A DNA stretch of 64,000 nt from Gemmatimonadota bacterium (GCA_039588255.1 JBDHAF010000019.1:3101-67100); one strand, 5' to 3'; positions 19,631 through 29,504 are shown, counted from the first letter of the stretch. The notes: a model not told the origin generated them from the letters alone. Made by a program: numbers and translations.

Positions 19631-20268
19631 AATGCCTGTCGTTTCGCTCCGTGGACGACATCGCCACAGCGATTCCCCACGCCGCAGCGCATCTCCAACG
19701 TGGGGGACTCCTCGCGCATCCCACCGAGACGGTGTACGGCCTGGGCTGCCCGCCCGAGACCGGAGCGATCACCGCGCTGTCACGCCTGAAGGAGCGCGAG
19801 GAAGACAAGCCGTTTCTCCTTCTGATCTCCAGCCGGGACATGGCCGAAGCGTGGGGCCTCGTCCTCAACGAACCGGCACGCGCCCTCGCCGAGGCTTACT
19901 GGCCCGGACCGTTGACGCTGGTCCTCGCCACGTTGGGGGATAAATTGCCCGACGAACTGCGTGGTCCAGGAGGGGGAATCGCCGTGCGGTGGACGTCTCA
20001 TCTGGGAATGGCGCGCCTCATTGCCGAGGTCGCACACCCCATCACATCCACGTCGGCCAACCGTGCCGGGGAGCCGCCGGTGGGAGACGTGCATGCGCTG
20101 GAGGAAGCCTTCGGCGGCGCTCCCGACCTGTTGGCACTCGACGGTGGCCCGTCGGACGACAGCCCGCCATCCACGATCCTCGACTGCACCGGGTCTCCCC
20201 GCCTGATCCGGGAAGGGGCCATCCCGCTTCACGATCTGCAAAGCGCCATCGGTAGCGAGGCTCCATGA
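19627..20268 (+). CDS. tsaC: L-threonylcarbamoyladenylate synthase (YrdC/Sua5 family)
   Basis: ATGA overlap with ispD. Contains HPTETVYGLG, KPFLLLI and ITSTSANRAGEPP. Its 213 aa make it the YrdC-domain-only type. Confidence 0.85.
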   Translation: MKCLSFRSVDDIATAIPHAAAHLQRGGLLAHPTETVYGLGCPPETGAITALSRLKEREEDKPFLLLISSRDMAEAWGLVLNEPARALAEAYWPGPLTLVLATLGDKLPDELRGPGGGIAVRWTSHLGMARLIAEVAHPITSTSANRAGEPPVGDVHALEEAFGGAPDLLALDGGPSDDSPPSTILDCTGSPRLIREGAIPLHDLQSAIGSEAP

Positions 20269-20735
20269 CCATTCTCCTCGTATGCACCGGCAACATCTGC
20301 CGCAGCCCGATGGCGGAGAGCATCATGCGCCAGGAGTTCGCGCGACGGGGAGAGGATTTCGACGTCGTCTCGGCGGGAACGGGTGCATGGGACGGCGCCC
20401 TGGCCTCCGAGGGCGCGTACCTGGTAGCGTTGGAAAACGACCTCGACCTGTCGCATCACCGCGCCACGCTCCTCACCCGCGAGGTCGTGGATCGAGCGGA
20501 TCTCGTGCTGACCATGGCGCGGCACCACCGGGTGCGGGTCGAGGAGCTGGGTGGGACGGGCAAGACCCACCTGCTCGGAGAGTACGCCGGCGTGAGCGGT
20601 CCCGACGCCGAGGTGAGCGACCCGTTCGGTAGTGACCTTCCGGTGTATCGAGAGACCTTCGCCGAGATACAAACCCTGGCGCGGGCCGCGGTGGAGCGGT
20701 TCGTCAACAAGCAGAGTGGCAGTGATTCGCGGTAG
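20265..20735 (+). CDS. low-molecular-weight protein tyrosine/arginine phosphatase
   Basis: LLVCTGNICRSPMAE (C-x5-R-S P-loop) and the downstream DPFG acid-loop motif. Confidence 0.88.
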   Translation: MTILLVCTGNICRSPMAESIMRQEFARRGEDFDVVSAGTGAWDGALASEGAYLVALENDLDLSHHRATLLTREVVDRADLVLTMARHHRVRVEELGGTGKTHLLGEYAGVSGPDAEVSDPFGSDLPVYRETFAEIQTLARAAVERFVNKQSGSDSR

Positions 20736-21531
20736 CACTCGGGTTCTGGCCGTCGTGGGGCATCCCGTGGCACACTCCCTGTCACCGGAGATGCACAACG
20801 CCGCGTTCGCCGCGTTGGGATTGGATGCGGTGTACGTGGCAGTGGACGTCGACCCCTCGGCGTTGCCCCATGTGCTCCGCGGATTCGAGGCCGTCGGCAT
20901 CGGCGGAAACGTCACCGTTCCGCACAAGCTTCAGGCGGCCAACCTCCTGTTCCGCAAGACGGACATCGCCACGGACCTCGAAGCAGTCAATACGTTCTGG
21001 GCCGACGGCAACCGTCTCATCGGCGACAACACCGACGTCGCCGGCGTACTAGGCGCCCTCGACCAACTGGACGCCGAAGGCCCCTGGCTGGTGGCAGGGA
21101 CCGGCGGGAGTGCGCGGGCGGTAGCGGCAGCGGCTCGGGAGGTATCGGCCACGCTCCTGGTCCGGTCGCGCGACCCGCGTCGAGCCACCGAATTCGTGGC
21201 GTGGGCACAGCGGATCGGCGTGGATGCCGTCGAGGACGACGGGCGCCAAGTGGGAACTGCGATCAACGCCACGCCCTTGGGCCTGGACCCCGGCGACCCG
21301 TCGCCGATTGCCCAGGAGCGCCTCGATGGATGCACGGCCGCCCTCGACCTGGTGTACGCCCCCGGTGAGACGCGATGGTGCAACGTGCTGCGGCAACTGG
21401 GACTCCGCGTCGCCGATGGACGGCTGATGTTGGTGGGGCAGGGGCTCAGGGCCTTCCACCGCTTCTTTCCCGACGTGGACGCCCCGCGTGCGGTGATGAG
21501 AGCGGCGGTGGAGCGGGCCCTGAGCCGATGA
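20716..21531 (+). CDS. aroE: shikimate dehydrogenase
   Basis: GTG at 20716 or 20722 (ambiguous) overlaps the PTP gene end. Contains VVGHPVAHSLSPEMHNAAF, NVTVPHK and NTDVAG motifs. Confidence 0.88.
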   Translation: MAVIRGSTRVLAVVGHPVAHSLSPEMHNAAFAALGLDAVYVAVDVDPSALPHVLRGFEAVGIGGNVTVPHKLQAANLLFRKTDIATDLEAVNTFWADGNRLIGDNTDVAGVLGALDQLDAEGPWLVAGTGGSARAVAAAAREVSATLLVRSRDPRRATEFVAWAQRIGVDAVEDDGRQVGTAINATPLGLDPGDPSPIAQERLDGCTAALDLVYAPGETRWCNVLRQLGLRVADGRLMLVGQGLRAFHRFFPDVDAPRAVMRAAVERALSR

Positions 21532-22280
21532 CTCCACGAGTTCTCACATCCCTCGAGCGGTTTCTCCTCCCCAACGCGTGCGTTGCGTGCGGCGGGACCA
21601 TGCCGCCGGCGGAGCCGGATGGGTTGGTTTGCGCGATCTGCCGCTCCCGCCTGCGCCGTGTCGTTTCAGGGTGTCCCCGGTGCCAGCAACCCCTACCCCC
21701 CGTAGGTCCCTGTCGGTTCTGCACCGATTGGACACCCGCGCTGGCGTGGACCCGGAGCGGATTCTGGCTCGAGGACGTGGCCCGAACCGCCGTTCACCAT
21801 CTCAAGTATGAGGACTGTCGAGTTCTCGGCGACATCATGGGACAACTGCTCGCCTCGACGATGCCGCGGCCAACACCCGGATGGCTCGTTCCCATCCCCC
21901 TGGCGTCCCGGAGAATGCGGACGCGGGGCTACAACCAGACCCAGATCATCGCCCAGCACCTCGGAGCACGCTGGCAAATGCCGGTGGCGGCGTCCGTCCT
22001 CCACCGCGTCCGCGAAACCAAAACACAAACGGCGTTGACACCGGAGGCACGACTAGCGAACGTGGCGGGGGCCTTCCTTGCAGCAGAGGCGCCCGCCTTG
22101 ATTCGCCCATCTGGCCCTCAGAAGCGCCAGGCCATTCTGGTAGACGATGTCCTCACCACCGGTGCGACGCTGGACGCCGCCGCAAGCGCCCTCTGTTCTG
22201 CGGGCTGGCCGGTTGTCGGGGCCGTAACCTTTGCGCGGGCGATGCCTTTCGAGGCGCGCCTGTTGATCGGTGCGTCCTGA
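21528..22280 (+). CDS. comF: ComF-family phosphoribosyltransferase-domain protein
   Basis: ATGA overlap with aroE. It has an N-terminal 4xCys-pair zinc-finger region (CVACGG..CAICRSRL..CPRCQQPL..CRFC) and a C-terminal ILVDDVLTTGATL PRTase motif. Confidence 0.85.
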   Translation: MTPRVLTSLERFLLPNACVACGGTMPPAEPDGLVCAICRSRLRRVVSGCPRCQQPLPPVGPCRFCTDWTPALAWTRSGFWLEDVARTAVHHLKYEDCRVLGDIMGQLLASTMPRPTPGWLVPIPLASRRMRTRGYNQTQIIAQHLGARWQMPVAASVLHRVRETKTQTALTPEARLANVAGAFLAAEAPALIRPSGPQKRQAILVDDVLTTGATLDAAASALCSAGWPVVGAVTFARAMPFEARLLIGAS

Positions 22281-22328
22281 CCGATTGGCCGGGAACGCCG
22301 GCGAACCATTAACCGCTACGAGGAAGAC

Positions 22329-23336
22329 ATGTCGATTCGGATCGGGATCAACGGCTTCGGCCGCATCGGCCGGAACGTCCTCAGGGCCATAAAGAAGGTG
22401 GGCAGCGACATCGAGGTCGTCGCCGTCAACGACATCACGGACGCGGGAACCCTGGCACACCTCCTGAAATACGACTCGGTGCACGGCCGGTTCGACGGCG
22501 AGGTCACCGTCGACGGCAATACGATGAACGTGGACGGAAAGTCGTTCCAGGTGCTGTCCGAGCGGGACCCGTCAGCGTTGCCGTGGAAGGACCTCAAAGC
22601 AGACATCGTGCTCGAGGCGACGGGTATCTTCCGCGACCGCAAGACCGCCGGGAAGCATCTGGAAGCCGGAGCCCAGAAGGTCATTATCAGCGCGCCGGGC
22701 AAACAGGAAGACATCACCATTGTGATGGGCATCAACCACAAAGACTACGATCCGGCCAAGCATCACGTCATGTCGAACGCGTCCTGTACCACCAACTGCT
22801 TGGTTCCGGTGGTCAAGGTCCTGCTCGACAATTTCGGGTTCGAGCGTGGGTTCATGACCACCATCCACGCCTACACCAATGACCAGCGCATCTTGGACCT
22901 GCCCCACTCGGACCTTCGGCGCGCGCGGGCGGCCGCCGTCTCTATGATCCCGACCTCGACCGGGGCAGCACGGGCCACGTCCTTGGTGATTCCCGAGGTG
23001 AGGGGCAAGCTCGACGGCGTGGCCCTGCGGGTTCCCACATCCGACGTGTCTCTGGTGGACCTGACGTGCGTGGTGGAACGGGCCACCACCAAGGACGAAG
23101 TCAACGCGGCGTTCCGAAAGGCTGCCGACGGCGACTTGAAGGACATTCTCGCGGTGAGCGACGAGCCCCTGGTCTCGGTGGACTACGTTGGCGACCACCA
23201 CTCCAGCACCGTGGACGCTCTGAGCACGAATGTCATCCAGGACACGCTGGTCCACGTGTCCTCCTGGTACGACAACGAGATGGGGTACTCCGCGCGCTGC
23301 GTCGATCTCATCCACCATGTCGGAAATCAGCTTTGA
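22329..23336 (+). CDS. gap: type I glyceraldehyde-3-phosphate dehydrogenase
   Basis: IGINGFGRIGRNV and the SNASCTTNCL active site, with WYDNEMGYS near the C-terminus. Confidence 0.95.
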   Translation: MSIRIGINGFGRIGRNVLRAIKKVGSDIEVVAVNDITDAGTLAHLLKYDSVHGRFDGEVTVDGNTMNVDGKSFQVLSERDPSALPWKDLKADIVLEATGIFRDRKTAGKHLEAGAQKVIISAPGKQEDITIVMGINHKDYDPAKHHVMSNASCTTNCLVPVVKVLLDNFGFERGFMTTIHAYTNDQRILDLPHSDLRRARAAAVSMIPTSTGAARATSLVIPEVRGKLDGVALRVPTSDVSLVDLTCVVERATTKDEVNAAFRKAADGDLKDILAVSDEPLVSVDYVGDHHSSTVDALSTNVIQDTLVHVSSWYDNEMGYSARCVDLIHHVGNQL

Positions 23337-24525
23337 CAAACGCACCCTCGAGTCGCTCCCGGCGGAGGGGCTCGAGGGCCGGCGGGCCTTGGTGCGAGTC
23401 GACTTCAACGTACCGCTCCGCAAAGGCCAAGTAGCAAACGACATCCGCATTAGGGCCGCACTCCCCACCATCAATTGGCTGCGGCAGCGGGGGTGCCGCA
23501 TCGTCCTCCTGTCTCACCTGGGGCGTCCCAAAGGAACAACAGCCCCCGAATTCTCACTCCGCCCTGTGGCGGAAACCCTGGAATTCCACCTCGGCGCCCC
23601 GGTCACGTTCATCGAGGACGCGACCTCCGAGAACGCCTCGAGGATCACGCGGCGCATGCAGCGCGGCGAAGTGGCCTTGGTGGAGAACACCCGGTTCCTG
23701 CCCGGCGAGGAGGCCAACGATCCGTCGGTGGCCGAGACGTTCGCCGCGTTGGGCGATTTCTTCGTCAACGACGCGTTTGGGTCTGCGCACCGCGCCCACG
23801 CCTCCACGGCCGGGGTCGCCGCCCTGCTGTCGCCGGCCGTTGCCGGCATCCTGATGACCAAGGAGTTGGAATACCTCGGCCAGGCCTTGAGCGAACCCGG
23901 CCGGCCCTTCGTCGCCGTCCTCGGGGGAGCGAAGATCTCGGGGAAGATCGACGTCATCGAGGCATTGCTTCCCAAAACCGACGCCATCCTCATCGGCGGT
24001 GCCATGGCGTGCACGTTCTTTGTGGCACTGGGGTGCGACGTCGGCACGTCGTTGGTCGAGCCAGACAAGGTTTCCTTGGCCAAGAAGCTGTTGGCCCGCG
24101 GAGAGGGGAAGATCGTCCTGCCTCACGGTGCCAGGGTGGCGCAGGACATGAGCGGCGCCGGCGAGGTCCGGGAGGTGGCCCGGGACGCCATCCCGCAGGG
24201 TTGGGGGGCGTACGACATCGACACCGCAACGAGCGACTCGTTCTCGGCCACCATACGCGACGCCAACACCGTCGTGTGGAACGGCCCAATGGGGGTGTTC
24301 GAGACCCCCCCCTTCGACCAGGGCACGTTGGCGGTTGCCCGGGCCATGGCCGCCGCCACGTCTCGGGGAGCGACCACAGTGGTCGGCGGAGGTGACTCGG
24401 CCGCCGCCGTCGCGGCCGCGGGCCTCGAAGATCAGATCACACACGTATCCACGGGAGGCGGTGCGTCCCTCGAGTTTCTCGAGGGGAAGCCGCTGCCCGG
24501 CATCACCGCACTGGATGAGGCATGA
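23317..24525 (+). CDS. pgk: phosphoglycerate kinase
   Basis: ATG at 23317 overlaps gap by 20 nt. Contains RVDFNVPL, LLSHLGRPKG and STGGGASLEFLEGK. Confidence 0.93.
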   Translation: MSEISFDKRTLESLPAEGLEGRRALVRVDFNVPLRKGQVANDIRIRAALPTINWLRQRGCRIVLLSHLGRPKGTTAPEFSLRPVAETLEFHLGAPVTFIEDATSENASRITRRMQRGEVALVENTRFLPGEEANDPSVAETFAALGDFFVNDAFGSAHRAHASTAGVAALLSPAVAGILMTKELEYLGQALSEPGRPFVAVLGGAKISGKIDVIEALLPKTDAILIGGAMACTFFVALGCDVGTSLVEPDKVSLAKKLLARGEGKIVLPHGARVAQDMSGAGEVREVARDAIPQGWGAYDIDTATSDSFSATIRDANTVVWNGPMGVFETPPFDQGTLAVARAMAAATSRGATTVVGGGDSAAAVAAAGLEDQITHVSTGGGASLEFLEGKPLPGITALDEA

Positions 24526-25274
24526 GCACCACTATCTGTGCCGCCAACTGGAAGATGAACCACGGGCCGACCGGGGCTCGGGAATTTTTCGATCGTTTTC
24601 TCGATGGGTACGAGTCCATCCCGGAGCGGGAGGTGTGGTTCTTTCCGCCGGAAGTGTCTCTGGAAAGCGTGGCCAGTCGGGTTGCCGGCCGGGCCGGCAT
24701 CCGCGTGGGAGCACAGAATGTGTACTGGGAAGCTTCCGGGGCCTTCACGGGAGAGCTGAGCCTTCCCATGGCACGCGACGCCGGGGCGGACGCGGTGCTC
24801 GTGGGCCATTCGGAGCGGCGTCACGTGTTCGGCGAGACGGACGCCGAGACCGGATACAAAATCCGGGCCGCCTTGGACGCGGGAGTCACTCCGGTCCTCT
24901 GTGTCGGCGAGAAACTCGCGGAGCGGGAAGCGGGAGACACGTTGGACGTGGTGCACCGGCAACTCGGGGCATTGGACGCCGTCGACCCGGCGGACCTGGC
25001 CACCCTCGTCGTGGCGTATGAGCCGGTCTGGGCCATCGGAACCGGAAAAAACGCCACGCCGGCCGATGCGGCGGCGGTCCACGGCTCCATTCATGCCTGG
25101 CTGGGCGAGCGCGGCGTAACGGAGGGTGCGGTCCCCGTGTTGTACGGGGGCAGCGTCAAACCGGGCAACGCGAGCGAGCTGTTGGGCCAACCGGCAATCA
25201 ACGGCGTGTTGGTGGGCGGGGCGTCCCTCGACCCCGAGTCGTGGCAGGCGATTTGTCGTGCGGGGCTCGATTGA
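24522..25274 (+). CDS. tpiA: triosephosphate isomerase
   Basis: ATGA overlap with pgk. Contains AANWKMN, VGHSERR, AYEPVWAIGTG and YGGSV. Confidence 0.95.
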   Translation: MSTTICAANWKMNHGPTGAREFFDRFLDGYESIPEREVWFFPPEVSLESVASRVAGRAGIRVGAQNVYWEASGAFTGELSLPMARDAGADAVLVGHSERRHVFGETDAETGYKIRAALDAGVTPVLCVGEKLAEREAGDTLDVVHRQLGALDAVDPADLATLVVAYEPVWAIGTGKNATPADAAAVHGSIHAWLGERGVTEGAVPVLYGGSVKPGNASELLGQPAINGVLVGGASLDPESWQAICRAGLD

Positions 25275-25323
25275 CTAACGAATTGAGGCTCGGTATCTTG
25301 CGGCCCCAGCGAGGTTTATTGAG

Positions 25324-25665
25324 ATGTTCAGGTTCCTAGTCATCGTGTTGGTGTTGGATTCGCTGCTCCTTGCGACGGTCGTGATGTTGCAGGCGGGCAA
25401 GGGCGGCGGTCTCGCCGCCATGGGCGGAGGTGCGTCCACGGATTCGTTTTTCGGCGGCCGACAGGCCACGACGATTCTCACGAAGATGTCGTGGTGGTGC
25501 GGCGGAATTTTCCTCGGCCTTTCCCTGGTGCTCTCGGGCATGAGTGCCGGCTCCGCGGCCCCCCGTTCGGTCTTGGAAGGCCAGGTGGAGGCACCGAGCC
25601 CCGTAACCTTGCCGCTCCCGGCGCAGCCAGGAGCCAACATTCTTCCGGACACGACCGGTAATTAG
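25324..25665 (+). CDS. secG: preprotein translocase subunit SecG
   Basis: 113 aa. The first helix is followed by LQAGKGGGLAAMGGGASTDSFFG, then a second helix, matching the conserved tpiA-secG synteny. Confidence 0.85.
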   Translation: MFRFLVIVLVLDSLLLATVVMLQAGKGGGLAAMGGGASTDSFFGGRQATTILTKMSWWCGGIFLGLSLVLSGMSAGSAAPRSVLEGQVEAPSPVTLPLPAQPGANILPDTTGN

Positions 25666-25680
25666 GAGAAGAAGGCCCCA

Positions 25681-26793
25681 CTGGAACAAGCATTCGTACT
25701 TCTCGAGGATGGCGCCTGGTTCCCAGGGACCGCGCGCCATCCTTTTTCGTTGACCACCGGCGAGATCGTCTTCACCACGAACCTGACGGGCTACCAGGAG
25801 GTGTTCACCGACCCGTCGTATCTCGGCCAGATCGTGGTGATGACCGCCCCGATGATCGGCAACTACGGCATCAACCCGGAGGACGTGGAGTGCGCGACGG
25901 GGAAACCCCAGGTTTCGGGCGTCCTCGTCCGAGAGCTCTCTCGGGGGCACTCCAACTGGCGCGCGTCGGGCGGGCTGGACGAGTGGCTGGCAGGGCGGGG
26001 GATCCCCGCCATGGAGGACCTGGACACGCGGAAGATTGCCAGGCACATCCGGTCTCAGGGTGCGATGCGCTCGGTCGTGGGTATGGGTGCCCAACCCACT
26101 GACGACGCCCGCAAGCAACTGGACGCGAGTCCCCACATGGCCGGGTTGGACCTCGCGTCCAGGGCCACGATCGATCACGAGCGCGCCGTGGGAGACGCCG
26201 ACGCGCGCCACCACATCGTGGCCTATGACTTCGGCATCAAGGAGAACATTCTTCGCATCTTCCGATCGAAGGGATGCCGCGTCACCGTGGTGCCGGCCCA
26301 GACCTCCGCCGCCCGGGTGCGGGAGCTGGAACCCGACGGATTGTTTCTCTCCAACGGACCTGGGGACCCGTCGGCGGTGGAGTACGTGTTCGAGCCCATC
26401 CGCGAGCTGGCCGGCTCGGGAATCCCCACGTTCGGCATCTGTCTTGGACATCAGCTCCTGGCCCTGGCCTTCGGCGCGGAGACGGAGAAGCTCCCCTACG
26501 GCCATCGCGGGGGCAATCATCCGGTCCGGGATCTGACTGACGGCAAAGTCCTGATCACTAGCCAAAACCACGGATTTGCAGTCAGGGGAACAAGTAAGGT
26601 GGTCTCAGGTGCCAAGGAGCTTGAGGTGACCCACCTTAACCTCAATGACCACACCGTCGAAGGCCTCAGGCACCGAGACCTCCCGTTTTTCGGGGTTCAG
26701 TACCATCCGGAGGCCTCACCAGGCCCTCATGACGCCAGATCACACTTCGCCAAATTTCTGCAAACCCTTGACAGTCAACAGGTAAGCTCCTAA
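25681..26793 (+). CDS. carA: carbamoyl-phosphate synthase small (glutaminase) subunit
   Basis: Contains GICLGHQLL (catalytic Cys) and the HGFAV...QYHPE motifs. The conserved N-terminal strand FVLLEDGAWFPG lies upstream of the ORF-track TTG (25750). The only in-frame start-like codon after the stop at 25663 is CTG 25681, so the start is uncertain. Confidence 0.85.
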   Translation: MEQAFVLLEDGAWFPGTARHPFSLTTGEIVFTTNLTGYQEVFTDPSYLGQIVVMTAPMIGNYGINPEDVECATGKPQVSGVLVRELSRGHSNWRASGGLDEWLAGRGIPAMEDLDTRKIARHIRSQGAMRSVVGMGAQPTDDARKQLDASPHMAGLDLASRATIDHERAVGDADARHHIVAYDFGIKENILRIFRSKGCRVTVVPAQTSAARVRELEPDGLFLSNGPGDPSAVEYVFEPIRELAGSGIPTFGICLGHQLLALAFGAETEKLPYGHRGGNHPVRDLTDGKVLITSQNHGFAVRGTSKVVSGAKELEVTHLNLNDHTVEGLRHRDLPFFGVQYHPEASPGPHDARSHFAKFLQTLDSQQVSS

Positions 26794-26861
26794 TATGGCT
26801 CCCCCGGCGACCCCAGCCGGGGCCGTCAAGAATACCTGTTTTTTCAGCTGCTGAGGGGTAG

Positions 26862-27197
26862 ATGACCAAGGCTGATCTGGTAGAGAAGGTCACCGCCACG
26901 ATGGCTCGGACGGCGGGCCCCATGATCTCTAAAAAAGACTGCGCCCGCGTAGTTGACGCGTTCCTTGAAGCCGTCAAGGAAGCGTTGGCCGACCAGCACA
27001 ACATCGAGATTCGGGGATTCGGGACCTTCAAGATCAGAAACCGGAAAACCCGCATGGCGCGGAATCCGCGCACGGGGGACCCGGTGGAGGTCGCCGCGCG
27101 GCCAGTGCCGGTATTCAAGCCTTCCAAGGAACTCCGAGCCGTCGTCGCCGACAACGAGGCGCAGGTCGAGCAGCGGAACACGATCCCCGCTCCGTAG
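26862..27197 (+). CDS. HU/IHF-family DNA-binding protein
   Basis: MTKADLVEKV..., RGFGTFKIRNRKTRMARNPRTGDPVEVAARPVPVFKPSKELR is the DNA-binding beta-arm signature. Confidence 0.88.
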   Translation: MTKADLVEKVTATMARTAGPMISKKDCARVVDAFLEAVKEALADQHNIEIRGFGTFKIRNRKTRMARNPRTGDPVEVAARPVPVFKPSKELRAVVADNEAQVEQRNTIPAP

Positions 27198-27274
27198 CCA
27201 ATCATCCAACCGACTCACAGCCCAACGCGGTAGGGGTGACATGCCGCGGGGGGGTCGGTACATTCTTGCCTTGT

Positions 27275-27556
27275 ATGCACTTCCGTGAAGCGCTTTCCTC
27301 TTCCACCACAGTCACGGTGACCGTCCGCGCCTTTGCGCGGTATGCTGAGATCCTGGGGATCGAGGCCACCACCTTGCAGTTGCCGAGTCCTGCGACGGTC
27401 GGTGACGCGGTGAAGCTGCTCCGGGAGAGCACCCCCAACGGCCACCTCCTTCCTGATCGGCCGCTGGTGGCAGTCAATTCAGAGCATGCGTTCGCCGATT
27501 CACCGCTTCGAGAAGGCGACGAATTGGCGCTGATGCCCCCTCTCGCCGGCGGATAA
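27275..27556 (+). CDS. moaD: molybdopterin synthase sulfur-carrier subunit MoaD
   Basis: Ends in the PPLAGG di-glycine C-terminus and lies directly upstream of moaE. The start is ATG 27275 or GTG 27317. Confidence 0.75.
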   Translation: MHFREALSSSTTVTVTVRAFARYAEILGIEATTLQLPSPATVGDAVKLLRESTPNGHLLPDRPLVAVNSEHAFADSPLREGDELALMPPLAGG

Positions 27557-27559
27557 GTC

Positions 27560-28003
27560 GTGCAGTACGTGACGCGTCGGCCCATCGACGTGCAAGCACT
27601 GCTCAGCCAGGTAGCCGATCCGGCGTTGGGCGGGACGGCCATGTTCCTCGGATCGGTTCGCAGCGGGGATGAAGACGGTCCGGTCGAAGCGATCGACTAC
27701 TCGGCGTACGAGGAGATGCTCGAGGCGGAGTTCGCCAAGATCGTGGAAGAATCCGTCGCCCGGTGGCCCGGGGCTCGAGTCGTCGGAACGCATCGGATCG
27801 GTATTGTGCCCACGGGAGAGCCGAGTCTTGCGGTGGTCGCCGCGGCGCCACACCGGGCGGAGGCTTTTGCCGCGTGTCGGCATACCGTCGAAGAAGCCAA
27901 GCAACGCCTCCCTGTGTGGAAGAAAGAAATTTTTGCGGACGGCACGGAGGCGTGGCGCGACAACGATCAGCCGGAGACGGACGCCAAGCCGACATCCGCC
28001 TGA
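27560..28003 (+). CDS. moaE: molybdopterin synthase catalytic subunit MoaE
   Basis: GTG start. Contains GGTAMFLGSVR, HRIGIVPTGEPSLAVVAAAPHR and PVWKKE motifs. Confidence 0.88.
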   Translation: MQYVTRRPIDVQALLSQVADPALGGTAMFLGSVRSGDEDGPVEAIDYSAYEEMLEAEFAKIVEESVARWPGARVVGTHRIGIVPTGEPSLAVVAAAPHRAEAFAACRHTVEEAKQRLPVWKKEIFADGTEAWRDNDQPETDAKPTSA

Positions 28004-28020
28004 CACAGCCCCAAGCTCGA

Positions 28021-28500
28021 ATGGGTCTTTCCGTCGTCTTAATCGAACCGCGTATTCCTCCGAACATGGGGAACGTTGCCCGCCTGTGCGCCGCGAGCGG
28101 AACCGCGCTTCACGTGGTGGGTGAGATGGGATTCTCGCTCAATGACGACGAGCTCAAGCGCGCCGGCCTCGATTACTGGGATGAGGTCGATCTATGGATC
28201 CATCCCTACTGGCGTGCGTTTCGAGCCGCTGTTTCGCGTGACCGTTGCTTATATTTCTCAGCGCACGGCGAGCGGTCATACATTGAGGCACCATTCGCCG
28301 AGAATTCTGTTCTCGTATTTGGCAACGAGACCGAAGGCATGCCACAGCGGATTCGTGAGAAGCATCCGGACCGCTTGTTCCGCATCCCCATGCGGAACGG
28401 TATCCGCAACCTGAATCTCGCCACCGCCGTCGGAATCGTCCTCTACGAGGGCGTCAGACAGATCGGACTCGATCTCGATGATACCTTCATTGAACCTTAA
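28021..28500 (+). CDS. trmL: tRNA (cytidine/uridine-2'-O-)-methyltransferase TrmL (SpoU/TrmH fold)
   Basis: ATG at 28021. Contains VVLIEPRIPPNMGNVARLCAA, FGNETEGMP and NLNLATAVGIVLYE. Confidence 0.88.
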   Translation: MGLSVVLIEPRIPPNMGNVARLCAASGTALHVVGEMGFSLNDDELKRAGLDYWDEVDLWIHPYWRAFRAAVSRDRCLYFSAHGERSYIEAPFAENSVLVFGNETEGMPQRIREKHPDRLFRIPMRNGIRNLNLATAVGIVLYEGVRQIGLDLDDTFIEP

Positions 28501-28524
28501 AGAAGAAGTCCATCGGAACCTCCA

Positions 28525-29451
28525 ATGAACAAAATCACGGTAGTAGGTGCGGGGCACGTGGGCGAAGTAACAGCGCAGCGCCTCGCCGAAAAGGAGCTGG
28601 CACGGGAAGTAGTGCTCATCGACATCGTAGAGGGGATTCCCCAGGGGAAAGGCCTGGACCAGTGGGAATCGGCCCCCATCGAGGGGTTCGACTCCCGGGT
28701 GATCGGCGCCAACGATTACGGCCCGGCCGCGGGAAGCGAGATGTTCATCGTCACGGCCGGAATTGCCCGCAAGCCGGGCATGAGTCGAGACGATCTGTTG
28801 CGGACGAACGTGGAGATCGTGTCGTCGGTGGGGCAGGAGATTAAGAAGAGTTCACCGAATGCGATCGTCATCATGGTGTCAAATCCTCTCGACGTCATGT
28901 CGTGGGTCATGAAGGAAGTGACCGGTTTCCCCCGGGAGCGGGTCATCGGCATGGCGGGCGTGCTCGACACAGCGCGGTACCGGAGCTTCCTCGCCGAGGC
29001 TCTCGACGTGTCCGTCGAGGACATCCAGGCCATGGTGTTGGGCGGCCACGGCGACACCATGGTCCCGCTAATCTCCTATACGACGGTGTCCGGGATTCCC
29101 GTGACGCAATTGATCAACGGGAACAAGCTGGATGCCATCGTGGACCGGACGCGCAAGGGCGGGGCGGAGATCGTCGGCTATCTCAAGACCGGGTCGGCGT
29201 ATTACGCGCCGTCCGCCGCTGCGGTGCAAATGGCGGAAGCCATCGTCAAGGACAAGAAGCGAATTCTCCCGTGCGCCGCGTGGCTCGAAGGCGAGTTTGG
29301 CTTTGAGGGCATCTATCTCGGTGTGCCATGCAAGTTGGGCGCCTCGGGCCTGGAACAGATCGTGGAAGTCGAGCTCAATGCCGACGAGAAAGCCGCCCTG
29401 GCCAAGTCGGCCGACCACGTCCGTTCGACGATAGCTGAAGTCAACCTGTAA
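28525..29451 (+). CDS. mdh: malate dehydrogenase (LDH-like family)
   Basis: [25 protein letters not shown] and [11 protein letters not shown]. Confidence 0.93.
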   Translation: MNKITVVGAGHVGEVTAQRLAEKELAREVVLIDIVEGIPQGKGLDQWESAPIEGFDSRVIGANDYGPAAGSEMFIVTAGIARKPGMSRDDLLRTNVEIVSSVGQEIKKSSPNAIVIMVSNPLDVMSWVMKEVTGFPRERVIGMAGVLDTARYRSFLAEALDVSVEDIQAMVLGGHGDTMVPLISYTTVSGIPVTQLINGNKLDAIVDRTRKGGAEIVGYLKTGSAYYAPSAAAVQMAEAIVKDKKRILPCAAWLEGEFGFEGIYLGVPCKLGASGLEQIVEVELNADEKAALAKSADHVRSTIAEVNL

Positions 29452-29474
29452 TAGCAGGGGAGAGGGAGGCGGTC

Positions 29475-29504
29475 GGAGCCGCGGCTTTCTTCATCGCCGC
29501 GGCT
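29475..29504 (+). terminator. GC hairpin after mdh (terminator-like, no U-tract)
   Basis: GAGCCGCGG (29475-29483) is the reverse complement of CCGCGGCTC (29496-29504), with a 12-nt loop. AATCTC follows instead of a T-run. Confidence 0.3.

Noticed and set aside
26802-26843. CCCCGGC/GCCGGGG hairpin after carA with a T6 run ~15 nt further on
   Set aside because: The T-run is too far from the stem for a canonical intrinsic terminator. It may still contribute to termination, but I cannot support it as a feature.
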